This document shows, piece after piece, positions 15,267 to 22,833 of a stretch of DNA of 42,980 bases. The position numbers were made by a program, and so were the translations under genes. Each line of letters opens with the position of its first letter. Position 1 is the stretch's first letter. The DNA is from Eubacteriales bacterium (GTDB taxonomy: Bacteria; Bacillota; Clostridia; Oscillospirales; CAG-272), in NCBI GenBank assembly GCA_045121315.1, contig JBGVFW010000281.1, forward strand, positions 1 through 42,980, given 5' to 3'. The notes beneath the pieces were generated by a model. That model searched no databases. It had not been told where the DNA came from and was given only the letters and a program-made list of their open reading frames with translations.

Positions 15267-16058
15267 ATGGACAAGAACAAAAAACCTACTATCATCACCA
15301 TAGCCAATGAAAAAGGCGGCGTGGCGAAAACGACCTCGGCGATCAACATTGCCGCAGGGCTTTCCCTCAGAGGAAAAAAAGTGCTGCTCGTTGATATTGA
15401 CAGCCAAACCCACCTCACCAACTGGCTTGACTTCTGTTTTGACGGCAAACCTACCATCGCGGAGCTGATCTATCAGACGGTTGCTCAGTTTCCTGTCAAT
15501 CACGATGACTTCATCAGACACAACAACAAGCTTAACCTTGACTATATTCCCGCGACGCCGATGCTCGCGGGAGCCGTTACAACACTCAAGGCTGACCAGA
15601 CGGACGAAACAACCGTCTTTTCCCGTATCTTTTCTGATGGGTACTTCACAAAATACGACTATATCATCATCGACTGCTGCCCGTCGCTCGATTTACGAAT
15701 TACCAACGCGGTGATCTGTTCGGATATCCTTCTGATAACCGTGCAGGCTGACCCGATACCTTATCAGGGAACCGATAAAATGCTCAAAACGCTGCTTCGC
15801 ATGAAGCCTACCGCAAATATCGGCGAGGACGTTCTGATTCTCCCGACAATGGCAATGAATATTCAGGTCAGCAAGGCGGTTGTTGAAGCAATCTACGCAA
15901 GCTACGGAAACATGGTGCTTTCCCCTATTCCCTTCCGTGCTTCGGTTAAAAATTCTTCCGCAAATAAGACCGTACTGGTCAGAAGAACGTCCGACGATGT
16001 GGGTAGAGCCTACATGAAAGTCGTTGACACGCTGATTGGAGGTGAACACAATGGCTGA
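15267..16058 (+). CDS. parA: ParA/Soj-family partition ATPase
   Basis: Deviant Walker A NEKGGVAKTTSA. ParA-like length and layout (263 aa). Confidence 0.9.
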   Translation: MDKNKKPTIITIANEKGGVAKTTSAINIAAGLSLRGKKVLLVDIDSQTHLTNWLDFCFDGKPTIAELIYQTVAQFPVNHDDFIRHNNKLNLDYIPATPMLAGAVTTLKADQTDETTVFSRIFSDGYFTKYDYIIIDCCPSLDLRITNAVICSDILLITVQADPIPYQGTDKMLKTLLRMKPTANIGEDVLILPTMAMNIQVSKAVVEAIYASYGNMVLSPIPFRASVKNSSANKTVLVRRTSDDVGRAYMKVVDTLIGGEHNG

Positions 16059-16347
16059 AATCAAAAGGAAATATAACTGTAACTGTAAGGAATTTACAGT
16101 TGATGTACAGGGGAACTCCTACCTTGTCATTTGCGGCAAGCACGTCAATGGAGCCTACTGCGCTTTTCCAAATCTGAATATTGCCGCAGAGCTGTCTGGT
16201 TATGACGGCGACTACAGCTATAACGAAAAGAAGCTGCGTCTTGCCTTTGAAGGTCGCAACGGGGTTGACACGGCAGGCGTTATCCGGGAGCTTGCGAGAG
16301 TGATCACTATCGCCGTACAGAAACTTCCTGACGTATTGCCGTTTTAA
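16051..16347 (+). CDS. Hypothetical small protein between parA and parB
   Basis: ATG 16051 with SD GGAGGTG. Overlaps the parA stop by 8 nt. 98 aa. Confidence 0.5.
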   Translation: MAEIKRKYNCNCKEFTVDVQGNSYLVICGKHVNGAYCAFPNLNIAAELSGYDGDYSYNEKKLRLAFEGRNGVDTAGVIRELARVITIAVQKLPDVLPF

Positions 16348-16361
16348 GGGGGTGTGCGACT

Positions 16362-17753
16362 ATGCCAAAATTTAATATTAAAGCACAATCAATTCCTACC
16401 GTTGCAAGCGCCTATGCCGACATAATCGGTACAACCGACAATCAGATCGTTGAAATCAAAAACGAACTTATTGTCGAGGACAATAACCAACACTTTCAGA
16501 TTCACAACGATACTATTGAGCAGCTTGCCGAACACATTGCAAAAGACGGACAGCTCAGTCCGTGCATTGTTGCTCCCCTACCTGATGGTAAATATGAACT
16601 GATTGACGGTCGGCACCGTCGCAGAGCCGTTATTATGGCAGGACTGCCGACAACCAAATGTATCATCAAGACAGGCTTGAGTGACCAGGCGAAAAAAACG
16701 ATTCGCCTGACTTCAAACCTGATACGTAACAACGATTATTTACCGTCAGAGTTAGCCTTCGCCTACAAGGAACTCGCCGCTTTAGAGAATATGAAAACCA
16801 TTTCCGAAGAAACCAATCTCAGCAAAAAGAAGATTTACCGCTATATTCGTTTGACGTTCCTGATTCAGCCGCTTTTGAACAGAGTGGACAACGGGGCTAT
16901 CCCGATTATTGCGGCGGTCGAACTATCGTATCTCTCCAAAGAGGAACAGAGCGAGGTGTTTCAATTCCTCTTGAATCATTCCGATTGTAAAATCACAACG
17001 GCGATCGCCAAAGATATAAAAGAAAACCCATGTGATCTCGATTCGATTTTTTACGGTGTTGAGGAAATGGACAAATTGTCCACTCAGGACGACCGTTCCT
17101 CTGAACAATCCCAAAAATCAAATGATGAAGATTCTGTTAAAACTTTGGTGGACAAAGCACTGAAACCTTATCAAAAGCCTGAAAGCCAAAGAGTTAAGAT
17201 TGAGAACGACGAAGCTCACGTCGCGGAGATCACCGGTGAAGTGGACAATTTGTCCACTAAGAATGAGGAAATGGACGGTGATTCAGACGACGAGGTATTA
17301 CCCGGTATAAATACGGGCAAGCAGCCGATTGTCAACAGGTCTATAGTTGTTGGTAAAGACACCATGCTTTATCAGGACTGCGAGGGTAATGCGCACACCG
17401 TTGACGAGATTGAGGAGAATGTGCTGAGGATCATCTGCGAATATGTTATCAATACGTCTCACATGGATTACTATATCTTTCGGTATGCGTATGACGCAAG
17501 AGAGATTGTCAGCATGTGGAATCAGAATTTTATTAAATCCTCGCGCAAAACGACTGTTGGTGATAATCTGGTATACTCAAATAATAATCGAATTGTCGGT
17601 ATGGCAGATTGGAACGCCGACAAGCGAATGTTCGATATTGAAATACACGGCGAGCATTATATTTTCCTGCATAAAATTCTTCAAGATGTAGTGCGGCGCT
17701 ATATCAGAGAAAACTACACGGTCGAGCGAATCAAAGAGGTCTTGGGAGAATAA
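16362..17753 (+). CDS. parB: ParB-family protein with long C-terminal extension
   Basis: ParB N-terminal box YELIDGRHRRRAV, HTH-like LSKKKIYRYIRL, then an acidic linker carrying two palindrome copies. 463 aa. Confidence 0.85.
   Translation: MPKFNIKAQSIPTVASAYADIIGTTDNQIVEIKNELIVEDNNQHFQIHNDTIEQLAEHIAKDGQLSPCIVAPLPDGKYELIDGRHRRRAVIMAGLPTTKCIIKTGLSDQAKKTIRLTSNLIRNNDYLPSELAFAYKELAALENMKTISEETNLSKKKIYRYIRLTFLIQPLLNRVDNGAIPIIAAVELSYLSKEEQSEVFQFLLNHSDCKITTAIAKDIKENPCDLDSIFYGVEEMDKLSTQDDRSSEQSQKSNDEDSVKTLVDKALKPYQKPESQRVKIENDEAHVAEITGEVDNLSTKNEEMDGDSDDEVLPGINTGKQPIVNRSIVVGKDTMLYQDCEGNAHTVDEIEENVLRIICEYVINTSHMDYYIFRYAYDAREIVSMWNQNFIKSSRKTTVGDNLVYSNNNRIVGMADWNADKRMFDIEIHGEHYIFLHKILQDVVRRYIRENYTVERIKEVLGE
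17067..17083. repeat. Palindrome copy 11, ATGGACAAATTGTCCAC (16/17)
   Basis: Inside parB, read as MDKLST. Confidence 0.85.
17241..17257. repeat. Palindrome copy 12, GTGGACAATTTGTCCAC (17/17)
   Basis: Inside parB, read as VDNLST. Confidence 0.95.
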
Positions 17754-17776
17754 TACGGAGAAAGGAAAATAAAAAT

Positions 17777-18238
17777 ATGGATTTACAACTTATCGGCAAT
17801 ATTGCAAAGCTGAACCAAACCATTGAGAGCTTTAAAAGCAATTATCGGGTGGAGTTGATTTTAAACAGGAACCGCTTTATCCGTTCTGTTCTTTTGCTAA
17901 CCGTTATAGTGACTGCCGTTTACATCTTCTGCATGGTCTTTTTTCAGGCAAACATAGAAGCTGTTGTTGCCTTTGCAGCCGCCATTATACTGTGCTTCAT
18001 CATTTCCATAGTAGCGCTTAAACCATATAGTCAAACGGACGAAGCAGATAACAGCAGTGAAGAAGTGGACAATTTGTCCACTGACAGCACACCTGAGCCA
18101 AGCACCGAAACAGCTAAGCTGCCGGAGCTTTGGTATCAGGATAAGAATAATACTATTCATTCTTGTGATGAAATCAAGCCAAAGCATTTAAAAACAATCT
18201 GTGAGCGTATTCAATCTGTCATAGTGGAGGGACAATAA
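17777..18238 (+). CDS. Membrane protein with acidic C-terminal tail
   Basis: Two TM helices, then SSEEVDNLSTDSTPEP and a LWYQD...DEI...ICE segment resembling the ParB C-terminus. Confidence 0.55.
   Translation: MDLQLIGNIAKLNQTIESFKSNYRVELILNRNRFIRSVLLLTVIVTAVYIFCMVFFQANIEAVVAFAAAIILCFIISIVALKPYSQTDEADNSSEEVDNLSTDSTPEPSTETAKLPELWYQDKNNTIHSCDEIKPKHLKTICERIQSVIVEGQ
18065..18081. repeat. Palindrome copy 13, GTGGACAATTTGTCCAC (17/17)
   Basis: Inside ORF 17777..18238 (VDNLST). The shared flanks give GAAGAA-[palindrome]-TGRCAGC. Confidence 0.95.
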
Positions 18239-18469
18239 ATGTTATCTATAATTATAATACCTACAATGTTACTATTTGCATTATTTTACTTCTTAGGAGA
18301 TACATTGTTAGATGATGTAGTTGACGGAGAAATATCTAAAGCTACTAAAACCGATGATGAAGATTTGGAGAATGTTCAGTGCGAAGAAGTGGACAATTTG
18401 TCCACTGGCAGCGAAAGTGCTCCCGAACCAACAGATGATGAAGTATGGAGAGGTTTTCAGGATAAATGA
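18239..18469 (+). CDS. Small membrane protein with acidic tail
   Basis: One N-terminal TM helix, then CEEVDNLSTGSESAPEP. Abuts the previous stop and overlaps the next start. Confidence 0.45.
   Translation: MLSIIIIPTMLLFALFYFLGDTLLDDVVDGEISKATKTDDEDLENVQCEEVDNLSTGSESAPEPTDDEVWRGFQDK
18389..18405. repeat. Palindrome copy 14, GTGGACAATTTGTCCAC (17/17)
   Basis: Inside ORF 18239..18469 (VDNLST). Confidence 0.95.
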
Positions 18470-18714
18470 AAGTAACAAAAACAAGAGTTAGACTTCTCGG
18501 CGGTGACGGAATCTATGCGATAGCTTCCGTCACCATTGACGGCAAGCTGACTATTAACGATATTAAGGTTGAGCGTAAGGGAAAGGAATTAATCTTAAAG
18601 TTTCCGAGCACCGAAAACGCCAAAAGAAACAACCAACATTCAATTATTCCCGATGAAAGCCTTTTCAAAGAAATCAAGGCAAAAATCATTCAGAAAATTG
18701 CGGAATCTTCCTAA
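18466..18714 (+). CDS. SpoVG-family protein
   Basis: MKVTKTRVRLLGGDGIYAIASVTIDGKLTINDIKVERKGKELILKFPS matches the SpoVG N-terminal pattern (V.VRL....G..KA.ASVT.D....I.DI.V......L...PS). Confidence 0.7.
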   Translation: MKVTKTRVRLLGGDGIYAIASVTIDGKLTINDIKVERKGKELILKFPSTENAKRNNQHSIIPDESLFKEIKAKIIQKIAESS

Positions 18715-18846
18715 ACTTGCATTTACTTTTTCATTTTTCAATTTACTTTTACAAATCAACCGTGAGCAAAGGGCGGTTTATGGGACACCTCTTGATTTAT
18801 AATTAGAGTGTCAGCAGAAATCTCGATGTCAGAGAAAGGAGTTTTT

Positions 18847-19113
18847 ATGAGAGTTACATCAGTCGAGTTTGACGACAGATTGGCGACAAGACGTTTCTTA
18901 GGATACGCACATGTTACACTGGATAACCAGTATACCATTCGCAACATCAGCGTCAACTACCATCTGGTATTTTCTTTGCAAATGCCAAAGTCGGAGTATC
19001 ACAGGCTTGCGGCATACACGCCGCTTCCTGATAAAGCTCTGTATGACGAGATCGCGGAAGCGGTCATCAAAAGAGCATGTCAGAATCGCTTGTTGGACGT
19101 AAGTTTTTGTTAG
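18847..19113 (+). CDS. Second, divergent SpoVG-like protein
   Basis: ATG 18847 with SD AAAGGAG 7 nt upstream. MRVTSVEFDD...LGYAHVTLDNQYTIRNISV...LQMPK follows the same pattern. Confidence 0.55.
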   Translation: MRVTSVEFDDRLATRRFLGYAHVTLDNQYTIRNISVNYHLVFSLQMPKSEYHRLAAYTPLPDKALYDEIAEAVIKRACQNRLLDVSFC

Positions 19114-19125
19114 GAGGTTTTTATT

Positions 19126-19611
19126 ATGATTGAATACTATATTGATGATAAGACCGGTGAGAAAAAACCGAGACAACTTGTCGAAAACCAGATGTATCAA
19201 TTCTGGCTTGACCATCACAGCAATCGAATCACCGAGGAAGAAAAGGCAAAAGGCGTTGTTGCCAAACTGACCGCTGATTACTCCGGCGTTATTCTTGAGA
19301 ACGACAAAAAGGTGGTTCGGTTTGAATTTATCTACTTTGTCTTGTCTCCGGAAAACCCGCGTCAGACTTTTACCGACTTTATGGACGTAAAGGTTATCCT
19401 GCCGGAAAACGCTGTAAAACAGATTGACCCCGGTCAGCTGTGGAAGGTGGAATCCGACGCGAAAATTCTTTACAAGTGGAATCCTATGCGCGACCCGGTT
19501 TTCCTGTCAAAAATCCCTGTAAAGACGGCTCAAATGATCAAAATCATACGGCAATACAACAAACTCTACGGAGAAAATTTACCATATAAAACAAGGAGAA
19601 TTTCACAATGA
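19126..19611 (+). CDS. Hypothetical protein (161 aa)
   Basis: SD AGGAGG upstream. ATGA-type overlap with the next gene. No family recognised. Confidence 0.55.
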   Translation: MIEYYIDDKTGEKKPRQLVENQMYQFWLDHHSNRITEEEKAKGVVAKLTADYSGVILENDKKVVRFEFIYFVLSPENPRQTFTDFMDVKVILPENAVKQIDPGQLWKVESDAKILYKWNPMRDPVFLSKIPVKTAQMIKIIRQYNKLYGENLPYKTRRISQ

Positions 19612-19970
19612 AAAAAATAATCGCAGCAGCAACCATTATTATCACTCTTGCAGCAGCGCTTACCGGCTGCGGTAACAAAGAGAACAGTTCTTCCGCTGTG
19701 GAAACGACACAGGCGTCAACTACGCAAGAGGTGACGACACAGGAACCAACGACACAGGAGCCGTCAACCACCGCTCCGCAAACCTCTGAGGAGAGCGAGG
19801 TTCCGACTACTGTTCACATGGAATACTATACGCGGCAAAATGCGGATGGCGAGATTGAAACCGTGCCAATCAAAGCTCCCGAAGAATATGGCAACGGATG
19901 GCTCCAACATTCCGACTCGTATGTCTCAACCGGCGAGGACGGTAAGCCGGTGATTGTTCATTCCCGCTAA
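19608..19970 (+). CDS. Lipoprotein
   Basis: Signal peptide with lipobox LTGC (MKKIIAAATIIITLAAALTGCGN), then a T/Q/E-rich linker. Confidence 0.65.
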   Translation: MKKIIAAATIIITLAAALTGCGNKENSSSAVETTQASTTQEVTTQEPTTQEPSTTAPQTSEESEVPTTVHMEYYTRQNADGEIETVPIKAPEEYGNGWLQHSDSYVSTGEDGKPVIVHSR

Positions 19971-19984
19971 TTCAATATGATAAG

Positions 19985-20017
19985 AAAAGCAGAGCAACAA
20001 AGCTCTGCTTTTCTGTT
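19985..20017 (+). terminator. Rho-independent terminator
   Basis: AAAAGCAGAGC-aacaaa-GCTCTGCTTTT followed by a T-rich tail. Confidence 0.6.
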
Positions 20018-20033
20018 CATTCGGAGGAATGTA

Positions 20034-20810
20034 ATGAAGCGTAAAATATTAGTTTGTATCGCGGTTTTCTTTCTTCTGTTGGGCGCAGCTCTGTTGATTG
20101 TTCCGCGTGTATCAAATTATGTCGGCGTTCAGATAGCCCATCATACCGTAGACGAATTTATCAACCTGAAAGATAATATCGTTGAAGGAACTCGACCAAC
20201 AGAGCAGGAAAAAGAATCTGACGGCGAAAATAGCCGTTCTGAAACAAAAACAAAAACTGTGCTCTACAGAGTTGATATTGACCGGTTGTATCAAGACAGC
20301 GTTGCATACAATGAAATGCTGAAAACAAATCAGAATCATCTGCTGATTGATGAAACATCTTATCTGAATCCTGCGTTGAATCTGTCAGAATACGGAGTTC
20401 CAAATGGTGTATACGGATATGTTGCAGCTCCGTCAATCAATATGGAATTGCCCATCTATTTGGGCGGCAATGATTATAACATGGCGCTCGGCGCAGCACA
20501 CTTGACGTATACTTCGCTGCCGATCGGCGGTAAAAATACTAATAGCGTCTTGTCCGGTCATACCGGATATATCGGGCGAATCTTTTTTGACTATATCAGA
20601 AATCTTAACGTAGGCGACGAGGTAGTTATTGAAAACTACTGGAGTAAGCTGACCTATCAGGTGATAGATAAAAAGATTTATAAAAACTATCAATCTTCTG
20701 CTTGTTATTTGACGGAGGGCAAAGACTTACTGACAATGCTCACTTGTGTTTCGGACGGACAGGGAGGATTTGACAGATACTATGTGATATGTGAAGGAGT
20801 GAAAAAATGA
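20034..20810 (+). CDS. Sortase (class C-like)
   Basis: ATG 20034 with SD GGAGGA. N-terminal TM. INMELPIYLGG, SVLSGHTGY (His), LLTMLTC (Cys), DRYYV (Arg). Confidence 0.8.
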   Translation: MKRKILVCIAVFFLLLGAALLIVPRVSNYVGVQIAHHTVDEFINLKDNIVEGTRPTEQEKESDGENSRSETKTKTVLYRVDIDRLYQDSVAYNEMLKTNQNHLLIDETSYLNPALNLSEYGVPNGVYGYVAAPSINMELPIYLGGNDYNMALGAAHLTYTSLPIGGKNTNSVLSGHTGYIGRIFFDYIRNLNVGDEVVIENYWSKLTYQVIDKKIYKNYQSSACYLTEGKDLLTMLTCVSDGQGGFDRYYVICEGVKK

Positions 20811-21613
20811 ACGCGATACTTCATTGGCATGACGACAGCTTTACTTACCGTAACGCCGTTGTCTTAGACACCGGCTATATTCTCCTTAACGGAGAAAACG
20901 AAGGACTCCAAAGCGGAATATATCGTATCATCAACAATGAAAGGGCTTGTTTCGGAGAATACACCGATCAGATAGAAATCCCCGAACAGCACAAAGCATA
21001 CGATGTGTTCTTTATCAGCGATTACATATTTAAAAAGGGATTTGATTCCGCAGGAATGGAGCAACTCAATTCTTTTGTTCGCGATATAACCTCTCGCGGA
21101 TTTGTTGACCTCAATTATACCCGCGATCGAACCTTATACGTAAGAAACGTTGGACATTCTTATTACAATAAGCTACTGTTTGTTTCAAAAGCTATCCATA
21201 CGCATATAAAGTACATGAGCGACGAAGAAGCAACTGCGCTTATCCATGATTTGTTTGGATTTGAGAAGAAGTTTATTAAGATCATTCACGAAATCGAACA
21301 GGCTGAGATCAATGTCAACACCGGCGAAATCAGAGTCACGGGAGCCATCAATCGCCGTCCGATATTTATTTCCGAAAAATGCTTTTATGTTCGGTTTGAC
21401 ATCAAATGCGGCAACCTTGCTCACAATCAATATGAAGCATATTATTACGACGAGGATTATGTTGATGATGATTACCTTAATGACTTTATCTTTGAATCCT
21501 ATCCTATCTTTACCCCGTTTTGTGATTTGCGCGAAATTCGTTCCTTGCTTGCATATTATGGGTGGGAAGAAATGAAACACAACTTTATAAATGAAAAACA
21601 ACTATTTACATAA
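20807..21613 (+). CDS. Hypothetical protein (268 aa)
   Basis: ATGA overlap with the sortase gene. No family recognised. Confidence 0.55.
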   Translation: MNAILHWHDDSFTYRNAVVLDTGYILLNGENEGLQSGIYRIINNERACFGEYTDQIEIPEQHKAYDVFFISDYIFKKGFDSAGMEQLNSFVRDITSRGFVDLNYTRDRTLYVRNVGHSYYNKLLFVSKAIHTHIKYMSDEEATALIHDLFGFEKKFIKIIHEIEQAEINVNTGEIRVTGAINRRPIFISEKCFYVRFDIKCGNLAHNQYEAYYYDEDYVDDDYLNDFIFESYPIFTPFCDLREIRSLLAYYGWEEMKHNFINEKQLFT

Positions 21614-21715
21614 AACACAGGTTTTAGTGAGTTTCGCCTGTGTACAGCTCACGGAGCTGATTCTCTCCTTGAAACGTGGGCGCGTAGAAAAACGCGCCCA
21701 TACACCAAATACACA

Positions 21716-21732
21716 ATGGGCAAATTGTCCAT
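21716..21732. repeat. Palindrome copy 15, variant ATGGGCAAATTGTCCAT (14/17)
   Basis: Has its own extended arms ACACAATGG / CCATTGTGT (21711..21737). Upstream of ORF 21808..22659. Confidence 0.6.
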
Positions 21733-21807
21733 TGTGTATTGAAAAAGAATCTCAACGGTGCTAGAGTAAAAGAATATTGAAATGTTTATCAAGAAAGGGT
21801 TTTTGCT

Positions 21808-22659
21808 ATGAAAAAATGGTTATTCATTTTTGCTCTTGCGGCGGTTATTTCAATGTCAGTCGTTTCATTGGTTGGCTGCGGAAAGAATGAAGTCAATCAT
21901 GCCAATGCCGCAGTGTCCGCGTCAGCGACACCATCAGAAGCAAAAAAGACGGAAGAAAGCACTGTCAACACAACGGCTCCTGCACAGACGCAGACCACAA
22001 CGTCTGTTGCTACCGATACCAAAACAGAAAACAAGAGCGCTGATAACAAATCGGCAACCAAAGGAACCGAAGCGACAGCGCCTGCCAATAACGCTTCAAA
22101 AACGGAGAACAATTCTAAGACAAGCGGCTCCTCGCAGACTCAGAGCAGCAATAAAAGCACTCAGTGCGGCAGTCAGACCAATGGTCAGACTAACAGCCAA
22201 ACCAATAATCAGAGCAGCAAAAGCACGAATAAAAACACAAGCAATAGTACCAATACCAACAATGGCTCGTCCTCAAAGAGTTCGTCGGCTGACCAACACG
22301 CCGGTAAAACTTGGCACGAAGCGGTATATAAAACCGTCAATCACCCTGCTGAAACAAAGCAGGTTAAGGTGGTAGACCAAGAAGCATACAGCTATGAGGA
22401 ACCTGTTTATGAAACGAGAAGAATTGCGAAATGCAAGGATTGTGGTATTGATTTGGCACAGTTAAGTGAAGATGAAGCATATAATCACTCAGAAACCCAT
22501 GTTCTCGCAGGCGGCGATGGTGGTTGGTACACTGCCACCGAACAGGTTCAGGTCGGTACAAAAACCGTCAACGTTCCGGAGCAATCGCATTACGAAACAA
22601 AAGTAATTAAAGAAGCGTGGACAGAAAAAGTGCTTGTCAAAGAAGCCGGTTGGTATTGA
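21808..22659 (+). CDS. Lipoprotein with S/T/N/Q-rich low-complexity region
   Basis: Signal peptide with lipobox LVGC. A roughly 140-aa low-complexity linker. Structured C-terminal roughly 110 aa. Confidence 0.65.
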   Translation: MKKWLFIFALAAVISMSVVSLVGCGKNEVNHANAAVSASATPSEAKKTEESTVNTTAPAQTQTTTSVATDTKTENKSADNKSATKGTEATAPANNASKTENNSKTSGSSQTQSSNKSTQCGSQTNGQTNSQTNNQSSKSTNKNTSNSTNTNNGSSSKSSSADQHAGKTWHEAVYKTVNHPAETKQVKVVDQEAYSYEEPVYETRRIAKCKDCGIDLAQLSEDEAYNHSETHVLAGGDGGWYTATEQVQVGTKTVNVPEQSHYETKVIKEAWTEKVLVKEAGWY

Positions 22660-22833
22660 TTCCCTGACAATCATCATCTTACAATCGAATATACACAAAC
22701 GATGGCACAGCTGAAACGCTGTGCCTTTTTTGCTTTTAAGGAGGAATGTAAAATGAAAGCCTTTGCCAACAGCAGGGACAGTCCGATTCTTATGGAAGTA
22801 AAACAACTACAATTTACGAGAGGAGGAAAAAGC

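Noticed and set aside
15693-16064. 123-aa minus-strand ORF.
   Set aside because: It lies antisense to parA and is a shadow ORF.
6052-18405. The palindromes as a CRISPR array or other regular repeat array.
   Set aside because: Spacing is 0.17-1.7 kb and irregular. The 'spacers' are ordinary genes. The repeat is only 17-19 bp, and no cas genes are visible.
21830-22375. 181-aa Arg/Lys/Pro/Gln-rich ORF in an alternative frame of the lipoprotein gene.
   Set aside because: It is a frame-shifted reading of the low-complexity S/T/N/Q-coding region. It has no SD, whereas the 21808 frame has a lipoprotein signal peptide.
22702-22833. Upstream extension of the adhesin ORF (track start 22702).
   Set aside because: ATG 22834 follows a strong AGGAGG and begins a typical signal peptide. 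The extension has neither.
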